This document shows positions 24,962 to 37,156 of a DNA stretch of 64,000 nt, in pieces (within the stretch, counting starts at the first letter, position 1; each line of letters begins with the position of its first letter). The position numbers were made by a program, and so were the translations under genes. The notes below the pieces were generated by a model. That model did no database searches. It was given only the letters and a program-made list of their open reading frames with translations, and was not told where the DNA came from. The stretch comes from Phoronis australis (lineage: Eukaryota; Animalia; Phoronida), in contig NMRA01000814.1 of assembly GCA_002633005.1 (NCBI GenBank), positions 1 to 64,000 on the forward strand, read 5' to 3'.

Positions 24962-25277
24962 CTGAAGAAAAATTATAGTGTACAGAAAACCTCCAACAAA
25001 TAAAAGCCGGAGAAAGGCACCAGGGAAAATCATCATGGAACATTCACATTCTTTGAGTGGAGTTAGTGCATTTGCCGAATAATCAACCACTTGGTGTCCA
25101 TCAGTTTTGTAAAGACGTCAGGCTCGTGGAAGATTAAGTTTTACACTGAAGCAGACTGATTTCGAGAGAAAGGTGCCACGTCATAAGCCTAAAGCGACAC
25201 TCAACGATTGGTCGCAACCATGCCTAAAGCTATGCGGATCAATTCTACCTCACCAGACCCCAAGACAGATCAATTAC

Positions 25278-25529
25278 CAGCGTGTGTCAAGTGCGCACTA
25301 GTGGTAGGTGCAGGTAGGCAAGCATCCGGGAAGTTATCTAGTACGCGCGACGCTCTGCATTGACTTTGTTTGACATGGGCGCCGTCTGGCCAACGATATC
25401 CTTGTATACACTGTACTGTTAACGCTTCGCCGACTGGCACGGTAAATACTTGTGTGCTCTGAGATCGCCGGCCGCCATACTCCCCGTAATAAAACATATT
25501 GGCAGGGATATTACCCTTACAAGTGGTAT
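25278..25529 (-). CDS. Exon encoding a Sushi/CCP-like domain
   Basis: Acceptor TTCGTCTTTTCAG and donor GTAATT; 252 nt, symmetric phase 1; TTCKG..VPVGEALTVQCIQGYRWPDG..SQCRA..FPDACLP has four Cys in CCP spacing. Confidence 0.7.
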
Positions 25530-26539
25530 CTGAAAAGACGAAGGAACATTAATGGCGCCATGCTACTGACTCCCGTGTATTCCAAAAACAATAAAATGCT
25601 ACATGTGGCGCCAACGGACCTCAGATTGGCAAACTGGGAAAATGACTAGTCTTCACGAAGTCGCCACTGCGATTATCAAAAGTTAGACAATAGTTTCCCC
25701 TAAATTCGTTTCAAAGTTCGTGCTGACTTACAAACTTTAAATTACTAACAATGTTCCTAGATTTATTACCTTTGATTCACAACTGTTTCATTTATTGCCT
25801 CAAAGTCAGTGCATTTGGCACTACAGCAGCCACCGCACATCAAACGCGTAACCACAGTTTTTTCTACGCGCGTATTTCAAACATCGTGAATTTTGTGAAT
25901 TTTCTGGAAATTTCATGACAGGTTAAAGTGAATTACTATGTACTGGACGTTGCGAGATGGTACTTTCGGCAGAAATTGTTTAAACGATATTTTTGACGAG
26001 CTTCGCGTTCCAGGCCTCTTTAAACTAAACGTCGAGCGCTGAACTGTGTGCATTGTAGACAATCCCCTGACTGCTTTAGACCTATAGCTAGCGCAGCGCA
26101 AGTCATAACTGCTTGTGACACCTGAGATATTTGAGTAAGAACACGGTAGCTTATAAATGAAATCCTATTAGTAGCTTACAACACATTGCAAAAGTTACCC
26201 TGCATAGTCTCCAACCACTAAATTATGGCGGAACAACCGATGCATTATTTATTGGAAGATTCCGATTTGGGTTAACTTTATCAAAATATTCCTTCGCAAC
26301 CGACTTTTTAGAGAAATGCTGCCATTTTGAATACTCTTACGATCAAGTCATTAAACACAATATCGTCAATTCAAATTTTATAGTAAAATTTGACAGCAAA
26401 CTTTCAGTTCTAGAGCCAAAGAACCAGTTGGATGTAGTTTTACAAATAAGTAGGCCTGCAATCAATATGTCTTCAAAGCTGCTACAAATTGCAGAACAAC
26501 AACCAACGGGCCCTCCGACACTAATGAACGTTTAAGCAT

Positions 26540-28750
26540 TATTCATTTATTATTTGTGCAGAAATATTGACTTTCATGAGCAGACATGGAGATGAACATA
26601 AATGGAGTTAAAATCAAGGATCAAGTGTTCTTATTAAAGGAGCATGCCACCCAAAAAACAACCTAATTTGTATCAATTTAGATCGAGTAATTCTACTCCA
26701 TGACGACACGTACGGTTGCGTTACATGACACCTGACGGCAGACGGAGGTATTGAAATTATCCAATGACGTCATCGGTTTCACACGCAGTCTGTTCAACAG
26801 TTCACAACACGGGTTACTGGTGTCAGCTAATCGCTTGAAGTCATCGTTTAACACCAATAAATCATCAAACTTCGATGTAAAACCCTTAAAAATACACCGA
26901 GTTCTTATAAAAACGTGTTGTTTTATTTCCCTCTTAGGGATTTATTGGTATTTGGACACACCGTAGCCTACAAAGTTTGGCAAGCCAATAAGGTCCGTAG
27001 CAGGAGTTTGGGGTCTGTTCGGAGACAATTTCGAAGTATTTTCCGTGAGATACAGACAGAAAACCTAGATCTGTGTTGTTTAGACTTGTGATTTTTTGAG
27101 TTCTAAACACAAAATGCTTGTTATCCTGGCCAGTGGCTCGGAGCCCGATCACGCCCGTCGCGGCCAGTGGCTCGGAAACTGACCAGACATCACGAAAATA
27201 AACCCGCCAAAGTTTAGTGGAAACTAAACTTCCAGTCAAGAAAATACTATACTAGTGAGCCAAAGTAGTGAGCACTTGATTATGTTGGTGAATTAGCCAC
27301 GAAACTGCAAATCTACTTACTCGTCGGGGGCCGCGAATTCAGGTTCCGCTTTGGCCACAGCACCGTCAGGGCAGAAGTTGTACATTGACAATCATTATTT
27401 GAGTAATGTAAATGTAAATGTGAATGTAATTGTAAATAAAGATTCCCCTAACACCTGGCCGTGGGATGGAAATCGAGTTGTTTCACTACAGTTTCTGCCA
27501 GCAAACACTAAATTAGCATGAGCTCACACGGCCTCGGTGTCCCGTCAATTAGTTTTATTGCACCTAAAGCCGGTGCAAATCATTTGAACTCACGAACACT
27601 CTAAAGGCATTACAAATTGCATCTAATCAGACAGAGTTTGTTTCAGTTTTATATAAGTATTGGTTAGGGTAAGAATAATTCATTTTGAAACAGAACGCTC
27701 AGTAATTAACGCCAACATGGCAACTCGCAATCTCGAGTTAGGACGAGCTAGAGCTCATCAGTCCCGACTTCGCAGGTGGATCGTTAAGTTTTACAGGCTA
27801 TAAATTCGAACAGGAATACAGTGATGAAGAAATACTAGAGAGGCGCCGTGAACAAGCTCAGACAACGGAACGTATGGACTTATTTGGTAAGCCGGGCATT
27901 CGTCAGGCACTGTCGACGTCTGCAGGCCACAGACACGGAGATGTTTCACGCCCTCATACTTGCTATTTACAGCGTACATATCATTCTTCACTACCATGAG
28001 CCACTTCCTAAGTATTTCGAACTCTCGAGGAAGTAAAAAAACGATATACCCGCTTTCCTCGCAACTGCTTAGTTCGGACAAGCGGTAACGATGCACCGCA
28101 ACATTGCGGCATTCACTCTGCATACGAACCACTTACGTCGCTATTGCGTTTCTCACCTTCCTCACAGGCTAACGCGACACCTTTTGGCAAGGTAAGGTCG
28201 ACCATATGCGAGGCGAAGTGGATATAGACCGATTAAGACGGCAAAAAAGACTAATTAAATCGGGTGGCATTCTCCTTCAAGCTTATATACAGACGACACT
28301 TTCATTAGTTTAGACGGCTCAAAAAAGTGTTTACCATGTACTTTAGACGTTTTGAATCTGTTTGAGGATTTCGCTGGCCTCCAGGTGAATATCGATAAAA
28401 TTAGGAAACAATCAGGCTCAGTAGTATAGCCAACACGATGAACATAATTTCCGTCAATGAACGGACAACATGGATTAAAACAAGTTGATTTTCTTGCGAA
28501 TTAACATCCAAGTTATTTTGTACGCTATGGAAGATCTGAATTGGTTGGTGAGATTGGAAGATTTTGGAATAATTTTGAAAATTGGTACAAAAGAATTTTG
28601 ACGCCTTTCGGGAGAATAACAGTAATCAAGGTCATGGCTATTTAAAAAACATGTACACCTTCTGGTATTCGTTTTGCCGTGGCCTTCAAAACACATTCTA
28701 GAAAAACTGAATTCAGCGTTTTTCAAATTCCCCTGGAAACGTCGTAGCGT
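26540..28750 (+). mobile_element. L1/Tx1-like LINE RT remnant split by Kolobok copy 2
   Basis: FIICAEIL..NGVKIKDQVFLL before the insertion; SLYTDDTF..FAGLQVNIDK and LTPFGRITVIK after it. Confidence 0.75.
26638..28276 (-). mobile_element. Kolobok family 1, copy 2 (inverted relative to copy 1)
   Basis: Colinear reverse-complement match to 19435-21379; TTAA / TCAA flanks. Confidence 0.9.
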
Positions 28751-28849
28751 TAAAATTAGGTGACTTGATTTTCGCAGTAACATTTGCTTACATGCTTTGC
28801 AGCATTTTAAGCAGTGACACTGAGACACCTGTTGAAAACTCTACTATTC

Positions 28850-29860
28850 TATCCATGTAAACAGTCTTCTGTTTAAGACTGAAGTAAACATTTTTCAAAA
28901 AGCATTGAGTAACTGATTCCTCTATATTCACCAGGGTTTGATAAATCACCCTTTTATATAAAAGCATTGAGTAACTGATTCCTCTATATTCACCAGGGTT
29001 TGATAAATCACCCTTTTATATAAAAGTAATGTCCACCTTTTTGTCTACTTCTGTTTGAAAATTTTCCACCAGAAAGAATTTTATTAAAAATCTTGCACAA
29101 AAAGTATTTATTTTTTTCTCTTAAACGACTAAAGAACTCAATCGGTATTCCATCTTCACCTGGACTTTTCCCATTTTTCATATTTGCTACTACCAAAATC
29201 TATTTCTCCGTGATGTCCCGTTTTAAGTACAGTAGCTCTTTCAACTACGGAAAAAGTGACATAAAGCAAAATCCTCTAACAAATCTGCAACCTGTTGGTC
29301 AAATACAAAATCGCTAGTTTCACATTCAGCATTCAACAAAGTACTAAAGTATTCAATCCACTCGTTGTTTTCACCCTCGAGATGACTTCTGCGTATTGTT
29401 TTTTATCACTTGCCAGAACGTATTCGAGTCGTTTGATTCTCATGCTTCAGTGACATTTTCACGAGTTTCTTGTCTATATTTCCTTTTTCAAATCTTCACG
29501 ATTTTCTAAGTTCTTTCTTGATATATATTTCGTTCAATAAAATTCACAACCTCACTAAATAATTTTTCTAAGCTCCGAATGGCATTGTTTGTAACTCAAT
29601 CCAATGCCATGGTTTTACCGGGGATACAATATAATCACTTGAAATGAAATTGTTAAATTCACTCTTCCTATTCTCGTTCCAAAAATTCCTTGCATATTTG
29701 TCATAATTGTCAAAATCGCTTTCAGGTAATTGTTACGAAATATCCAGTTCACATCTGATTGGAAAGTGTTTTCCATAATCAATGTATATTACTTCAAACG
29801 ATGATTCATTGCAACAAAGTTTGTTATCGACTACCACATTGTCATGTTTTTCCCCGTGTG
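28850..29860 (-). mobile_element. Degraded CR1/L2/RTE-type LINE ORF2 fragment
   Basis: MKNGKSPGEDGIPIEFF and KGDLSNPGEYRGIS motifs; ~60-bp tandem duplication at 28901-29020. Confidence 0.7.
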
Positions 29861-29875
29861 TGGGTGGGCGCAGGT

Positions 29876-30530
29876 TGTTACAGACCGGTGCTAATAGCTT
29901 TCGGTGCGACGATTGACTGAAGACTGGTTCGAGTTAATCCTTTATTAATCTCGACCGTATGTTCACAAGCCTACTCAAACAAAACGTCCGAGTACGTAAT
30001 GTCTGTTTATGCTCCAGCCAGTGCTGCGAAGCCTTGACTAATGCTGATGAACTTCTGAGACACCGTTCAGCAACTGTTACACTCGTCGATTCAATAACTT
30101 GTTGTCTCTATATCAGGCTCTCTATTGACTATCGCTGTAACTGCAACTCAACTGTAATTCTCCTGATTAACTTTCTTGAACTGACTTGATTTCTGGCTTG
30201 ATCTGACTAACACAAACCCGTGGTTGTGTATTAATAGCTTAATGCATTGTTCTAGAACTTTTCATCAATTCAAGCACATTCTAGAACTTTCCTGAATCTA
30301 CCCGACCATCCTACAAACATACACCAGTCTCTAGAATATTCCAGACTGCATTAATCACTGCCATGCTAGAGTCTTCTAGAAAGCTCCACGTTATTCTGCA
30401 GTAAACAAATTACATCATCACTACTAAACTCAGTCTACTAGAAAGTTCCATACTATTCTGTAGTAAACAAATTACATCATCATTGTACTTAACTCAGTGG
30501 TCATGCCAATCAAACAGAATAACAAAATAA
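29876..30530 (-). mobile_element. Probable LTR fragment
   Basis: TGTTACA terminus, reverse poly(A) signal, repeated TCTAGAA motifs; the other end and a TSD were not found. Confidence 0.4.
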
Positions 30531-33500
30531 AACTAGAAAGATTAATGTCACAGCGTGACAATAATGGACTCTGTGCGTGGGTGTTACTAGAATTGTGAAA
30601 AATGTGTTTAATGCTGAGAATCACAGTTGTCTAACAATTGACTCATCAGAATACTTGGTGAATGAAAAGGTCAAATTTTCAGAAGAAAAATGCACTTAAT
30701 GACCCCATGTTTGCATTAAATGACCTGAAACTTTGAATTCCGAATTGAATTACCTGTGCCAATCAGACCTGTAAATTTGAAGTGTCTAGCTCAAAATCTT
30801 AGTTTGAACCTAATGACCTTTGACTTGTTTAACCTGATTGGATGACTCGATTAATTAGAAAAGAAATTTTTTAAATTGTCTTACTGAATTATACCTGTGT
30901 ACCGAATTTGAAAAGAATAGCTTTTAAAATAAAGGAGTAGCATTTTGAAAATTACATGACCTTTGCACTAAATGACCTCTTCCGGTGCAATATGGAATAT
31001 GATTATAAAAAAAAATCAGAATTTAAGTACTTTTAAAAATGATATGCTGAATATGAAGAACGTAGCTGCACCCAATTTGGAGTTATTAAGCCTCAAAGTT
31101 GGTCGGAAGAAGAATAAGAAGAACTAGAAAGATGGACTCTGGGCATGCATATCAAAGGAAATGTTATGGGAAGTTACTGACAGCAACCCGTTTATGAATT
31201 TGAAAATAAATTCTTCAAAATTGTAGGAAAAATTACATGTTAATATTTTGATGACCCTTCCACTAATTGACCTCTTTCGGTGCTTTAAGAGCCCCAGATG
31301 AGGGAATAATTGTAAACTCGATTAAAAGTGTGGTAAATGCTAAGAATCCTAAATGTTTTACTTAAGCACTTCCGAATACAACATGAATGAATTGGCTAAA
31401 CTTTCAGAAGAAAAATGCACCTAATGAACCCATGGTTGCACTAAATGACCTGAAACGTTGAATTTCGAACTGAATTAGACGTACCATTCAGACCTGTTAA
31501 TCTGAAGTGTCTAGCTCAAAATTTTATTTTGCACTCAATGACCTTTGACCTATTTTATCTGATTGGATGGCCCGATTGCTTAGAAAAGTAATTTTTTAAA
31601 ATTATCATGTTAACTTATACCTGTGCACCGAATTTGAAAAAGATAGCTTTAAAACTAAACGAGGAGTAGCATTTTGAAAATTATATGTCCTTTGCACCAA
31701 ACGAACTCTTACGGTGCAATATGGATTATGATTATATAACGAATGAAAATTTATGTACTGCCAAAAATCACCTGCAGAATTTAAAGAACATACCTCTAAC
31801 CATTTGGAGTTAATTAAGCCTCAAAGTTGGCCGGAAGAAGAATAAGAATATGAACTAGAAAGATTATTCTCACAGTGTGACAATAATGGACTCTGCGCGT
31901 GTGCATTACTGGAATTGTTTTGGGAAGTTACTGACAGCAACCCGTTTACCAATTTCAAAAGGAATTCCTTAAAATTGTAGGAAAAATTGGATGTTAATAA
32001 TTTGATGACCTTTCCACTAATTGACCTCTTCCGGTGTATTATGAGCCCCGAATTAGAATTCGAACTCAATTGCACTTAGTAAACAGATACGTAATTCTGG
32101 AGTCTCTAGCTCAAAATTTTAGTTTGCACTCAATGACCTTTGACCTATTTTTTCCGATTGGTTAGGCCTATTGCGAAGTAAAATAGGGTAATTAATTGGC
32201 ATGTTGACTAACATCAGTGTGCTGAAATTGAAAAGAATTCCTTGAAAAACGTAAGAGAAATAACATTTTGAACGTTACATGAACTTTGCACTAATTGACC
32301 TTATCCGGTGCATTTTAAGCATCTTTAGGAGAATTATTGCAAAGCCCATGGAAAATGTGTTTAACGATGAGAATCACAGTTGTCTAACAGTTGACACATC
32401 AAAATACTTGCTGATTGAAAAGGTCAAATTTTCAGAAGAAAAATGCACCTAATGACCCCTTGTTTGCACTAAATGACCTGAAACTTTGGATTCCAATTTG
32501 ATTTACCTGTGGCAATCAGACCTGTCAATTTGAAGTGTCTAGCTCAAAATTTTAGTTTGCACCTAATGACCTTTGACCTATTTCACCTGATTGGATGACC
32601 CGATTACTTAGAAAAGTATTTTTTTAAATTGTCATGTTGACTTATACCTGTGCACCGAATTTGAAAAAGATAGCTTTAAAACTGAAGGAGTAGCATTTTG
32701 AAAATTATATGACCTTTGCACCAAACGACCTCTTCTGGTGCAATATGGAATATGATTATATAACCAATCAAAATTTATATACTGTCAAAAGTCATATGCT
32801 GAATTTAAAGACCGTACCTGCACCCAATTTGGAGTTATTAAGCCTCAAAGTTGGTCGGAAGAAGAATAAGAAGAAGAATAAGAAGAAGAAGAAGAATAAA
32901 ATTGAAGAAAACCCAGGAACAACAGTACTCTGCGCTTACACGCGCAGAGTAATAAGAAGAATAAGAATAAAATTGAAGAAAACCCAGGAACAACAGTACT
33001 CTGCGCTTACATGAGCAGAGTAATAAAAATAAGAATAAAATTGAAGAAAACCCAGGAACAACAGTAATCTGCGCTTACACGCGCAGAGTAATAAGAATAA
33101 GAATAAGAATAAAATTGAAGAAAACCTAGGAACAACAGAACTCTGCCCTTGTACGCGCAAAGTAATAATAATAAGAAGAAGAACAAGAATGCAATTGCGT
33201 ATGCGCACTTACAAATCTTCGCGTGGTGTATGCACATGCATAGTGAAGTATAGGCGCATTACATTGCTTAAAAGAGTATCCTTTGTGTGAAAGCCCCTGG
33301 TAACTATGAAAGAGGAAGGGTAAAAAGTAAGAATATCATCGGAAAACTGCACCAAATGATCCCGCATTTGCACCTAATGACCCCAAGGTTTGAGACTGAA
33401 TGTCATTTACCAATGAAAAGTATATGCCTGTCTATGTAAGGTCTTGCTCAAAGATCATTTTTGCACTTAATGACCTTTGACCCGGAAACTTGGTTCCCTT

Positions 33501-35767
33501 TATCCGATCTAAATTCCACCTAATTTTCGGATGCAGATCTCTGGTGCCTACTTGTAAACAAAGTTTGAAGAGTCTATGTAAAAACCTATGGAAGGAGAAG
33601 CAATGTGAGAGGATACACTCCTTGACTCGATTCGAATAAATCCGCTGCATTTTGAGTTACATCCATGTGATCAATAGAAGCTGATCGGCAATTGGTTGAA
33701 CCACCATGAATTTGAATGCTCTCCCTAATGCATCATTTAAGTACCAGCTGATTAAAGATTTAACTGAAAATTGCACTTAATAACCCCAAACTTGCACCTA
33801 GTGACCCTCAAGTTCTTTTATGCATGGTAAGTCATATGCATAATTATGAACGGTCTAGCTCAATAATCACTTTGCACTTAATGACCTTTGACCCGGAAAC
33901 CCGGTTCCCTTTTTCCGATTGGAATTCTAAATAAATTTCGGATGCAGATCTCTAGTGCCTACTTGTAAACAAAACTTGAAGAGTCTCTCAAAAAAACTAT
34001 AGAAGGACAATCAATTTGACGGAATGAACTTCTTGACCCATTTCGGGTCAATCCGGTGCATTTTGCGTCAAATCCATGTGATGAATAGCATTTGATCGGC
34101 GATTGGTTGAACCACCATGAATTTGAACGCTCTCCCTAACCGATCAATTAAGTACATGCTGACTGGAAAAGTGCACTAAGTGACCCCTAAGTTGCACCTA
34201 GTGACCCCAAATTTTGCGAATGAAATTTTCTGATGAATGGTAATCATATGCATGATTATGAAAGATCTAAGTCAAAAATCACTTTTGCACTAAATGACCT
34301 TTGACCCGGAAACTCAGTTCCCTTTATCCGATTGGAAATCCAAGTAAATTTTGGATGCACTTCCTTAGTCGCTACTACTTTACAAAACTCAGAGTCTATC
34401 TAAAAACCTCTAGAAGAAGAAGCATTTTAAAGGAATGGACTCCTTGACCTGTTTCGGATCAATCCGGTGCATTTTGGGTGAAAATATTACAATCAATAAA
34501 AATCATTCCATTATCGTATCAACCACAGTGAATATGATTGTTGTTAACGAATCGATGTAAGAGTAATAACAATCTTAAAAGGAAGGAAGAATCAGAAGAA
34601 TAAGAATAAGAAGATAAAATACGCAGAACAGTAAAACTGCGCTTGCACGCGCAGAGTAATAAGAAGATAAAATACGTAGAACAGTGAAACTCTGCGCTTG
34701 AACGCGCAGCGTACTAATAATAAATAGAGCGCAATTGCGTATGCGCACTTACAACTCTGCGCGTGGTGTATGTACATGCATAGTGGAGTATACGCGCATT
34801 ACATTGCATAAAAGTTGCAACCTTTGTATGAAAGAGAGCGATGTCCCTGTTAACTATGAAAGAGCAAGAGTGAAAAGTAAGAATATCAACGGAAAATTTC
34901 CCCAAATGACCCCACAGTTGCACCTAATGACCCCAAAGTTTGTAACTGAATTTCCTTTACGAATGAAAAGTATATACGCGATTAGGTAAGCTCTAGCTCA
35001 AAAGTCGGTTTTGCACTTAACGACCTTTGACACGGAAACTCGGTTCCCTTTATCCGATTTAAATTCCACGCAAATTTCGGATGCACTTCTCTACTGTCTG
35101 CTTGTTATCCAAATTCGGAGAGTCTATCTAAAAACCTGTCCAAGAAAAAGCAATTTGATGGAATGCACTCTTTAACACATTTCGAGTCAATTTGCTGCAT
35201 TTTGACTCAAATCCATGTGATCAATTGAATTTGATCGGCAATTGGTTGAACCACCTTGAATTTGAACGTTCTGCCTAATGCATCATTTAAGTACAAGCTG
35301 ATTGAAATAGTCTTTAATTTAACAGAAACCTGCACTTAATGATCCCAAAGTTGCACCTAGTGATCCCAAAGTTTGTGACTGAACTTCCTTTATCAGTGGT
35401 AATCACATGCTTGATTAAGAAAGGTGTAGCTCAAAAATCACTTTTGCACTTAATGACCATTGACCCGGAAATTCAGTTCCCTTCATCCGATTGTAATTCC
35501 AAGTAAATTTCGGATGCACTTCTGTAGTGCCTGCTTGTTTTCAAATTTGGAGAGTCTATCTAAAAATCGGTCCATGAACAAGCAATTCGATGAAATGCAC
35601 TCCTTGACCCATTTCAGGTCAATCTGGTGCATTTTGAGTCAAATCCATGTGATCAATAGAATCTGATCGGCAATTGGATGAAGAACCATGAATTTGAACG
35701 TTCTGCCTAATGCATCATTTAAGTACAAGCTGATTGAAAAAGTCTTAAATTAAAAAGAAAACTGCAC
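30531..35767. mobile_element. Chain of about five non-autonomous Helentron/DINE-1-like elements (two subfamilies) with internal TGACCTTTGACC satellite units
   Basis: Unit starts at 30531, 31122, 31853 (AACTAGAAAG), 33182 and 34722. SubTIR ACTCTGCGCGTG pairs with terminal hairpin ACTCTGCGCTTACACGCGCAGAGT (e.g. 32927-32950). AAG/AAT microsatellites present. Confidence 0.75.
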
Positions 35768-35865
35768 AATCGCAATTCTTGAATCTAAAACGGTTCGTTT
35801 TTAAAACAGGGGCAACATTTGGAGTTCGGAGGTATTTCACTTCAGAGTTCAGACAACGACTTACG

Positions 35866-36118
35866 GGACTGGATGTGACTCTCTCACTTGGTGAAGACTA
35901 GCAGTGATAGGGTCCTACAATATTTAGGAAGACTGGATATGACTCTCTCATATTGTGAAGACTAGCAGGTAACCTACAACATTTAGGAACACTGGATGTG
36001 ATTCTCTCACTTGGTGAAGACTAGCAGTGATAGGGTACCCTACAACATTTAGGAAGACCGGATGTGACTCTCTCACTTTGTGAAGATTAGCAGGGAAAGG
36101 GCAACCTACAACATTTAG
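35866..36118 (+). repeat. Minisatellite, ~60-bp unit, 4 copies
   Basis: ACTGGATGTGACTCTCTCACTTGGTGAAGACTAGCAG..CCTACAACATTTAGGAAG repeated. Confidence 0.85.
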
Positions 36119-37096
36119 TTGTGATCTGGCCATGCGCGTGTTTCCGATGCGATGGATGAGATTGAAGAGCTCTGGATAAACTTTCCAGTGGCGCTGTGAA
36201 GTGATGGATTTGATGAATTACATCGTGGTTGATAATTCATCAGTATTCCTACTTCACATACTTCGCAAACTGCAAGTACGCATTCATTTTCTGTATTCAT
36301 AAGAAATGCTTTGGAGCCCACATTCACATCTGAGTAACAAACCCAAACAGTTAAAGTTGATTAATATTCGAGTTTTGTTTTCAATATCATGGCTACGTAC
36401 GCCATAGCGTCTGAACCGGCTGTTCTCATTTCCCTAATCGCGACTTTTAAGTAACCTGACAAAATTTCTTCATAATATTCTCTAAAACGCGTCTAAAACG
36501 GTTGTAAACTGAAAAAAAAATCTTCAAGTCTTTCTCTGACTAAGTGTTACTGTGCAAGTATGTGATGGAGTATAATCACTTATTGTTTAAAGCACGCACG
36601 TCTCGAAAGTTTGGCAGAGGGCAACGCTCAGTAATCCAGAAAGAGAACTTTGTGGACCACAACGCAACCGAATTTGAGTCCCGCTCTTTGCGAGTAACCG
36701 TCATGGCGTCCTCATTCCTTGGATTATCCCAACCAATTCCATATAATTTCAGAAAAATGGAGCCGTCAAGTCATCACCTTCTATACAGATTTCCTTTCTG
36801 CCAGATTTAGCTGCTTCGGGGTGCTACAGAAAAGTTTGACGTTTGCAAAATACGGTCAAAAAGTCCACCGTTTAAAAAATTCGAACCACCCTCAGCGCAA
36901 TGCTGCCTACGGTACTATTGCATAAACAGTCATTTTTTTATCATAAGTGTGTTTCGAAAAGACGGCTTTGTGAGCGTCTTTATCGAGTCCCTTGTACAAT
37001 ACTTCAGTGGAAAGTATAGTGCTCGAAAAACTTTTAATTTAGATGTTTTAGAAAAAGGACGGTGAAACTATCTTTTTAACCAGCAAGCAGAATTAG

Positions 37097-37103
37097 GTGT
37101 GTG

Positions 37104-37147
<44 letters not shown>

Positions 37148-37156
37148 AGTGTGTGT
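37097..37156 (+). repeat. (GT)n microsatellite
   Basis: Read directly from the sequence. Confidence 0.98.

Noticed and set aside
19435-28276. Composite transposon formed by the two inverted Kolobok copies
   Set aside because: Each copy has both of its own ends and a separate target site in a different host element
32709-33237. Lys-rich and hydrophobic ORFs
   Set aside because: Translations of microsatellite and tandem terminal modules
36115-36329. Possible upstream exon of the Sushi gene
   Set aside because: The acceptor is plausible, but the open frame stops before a donor and no domain was recognised
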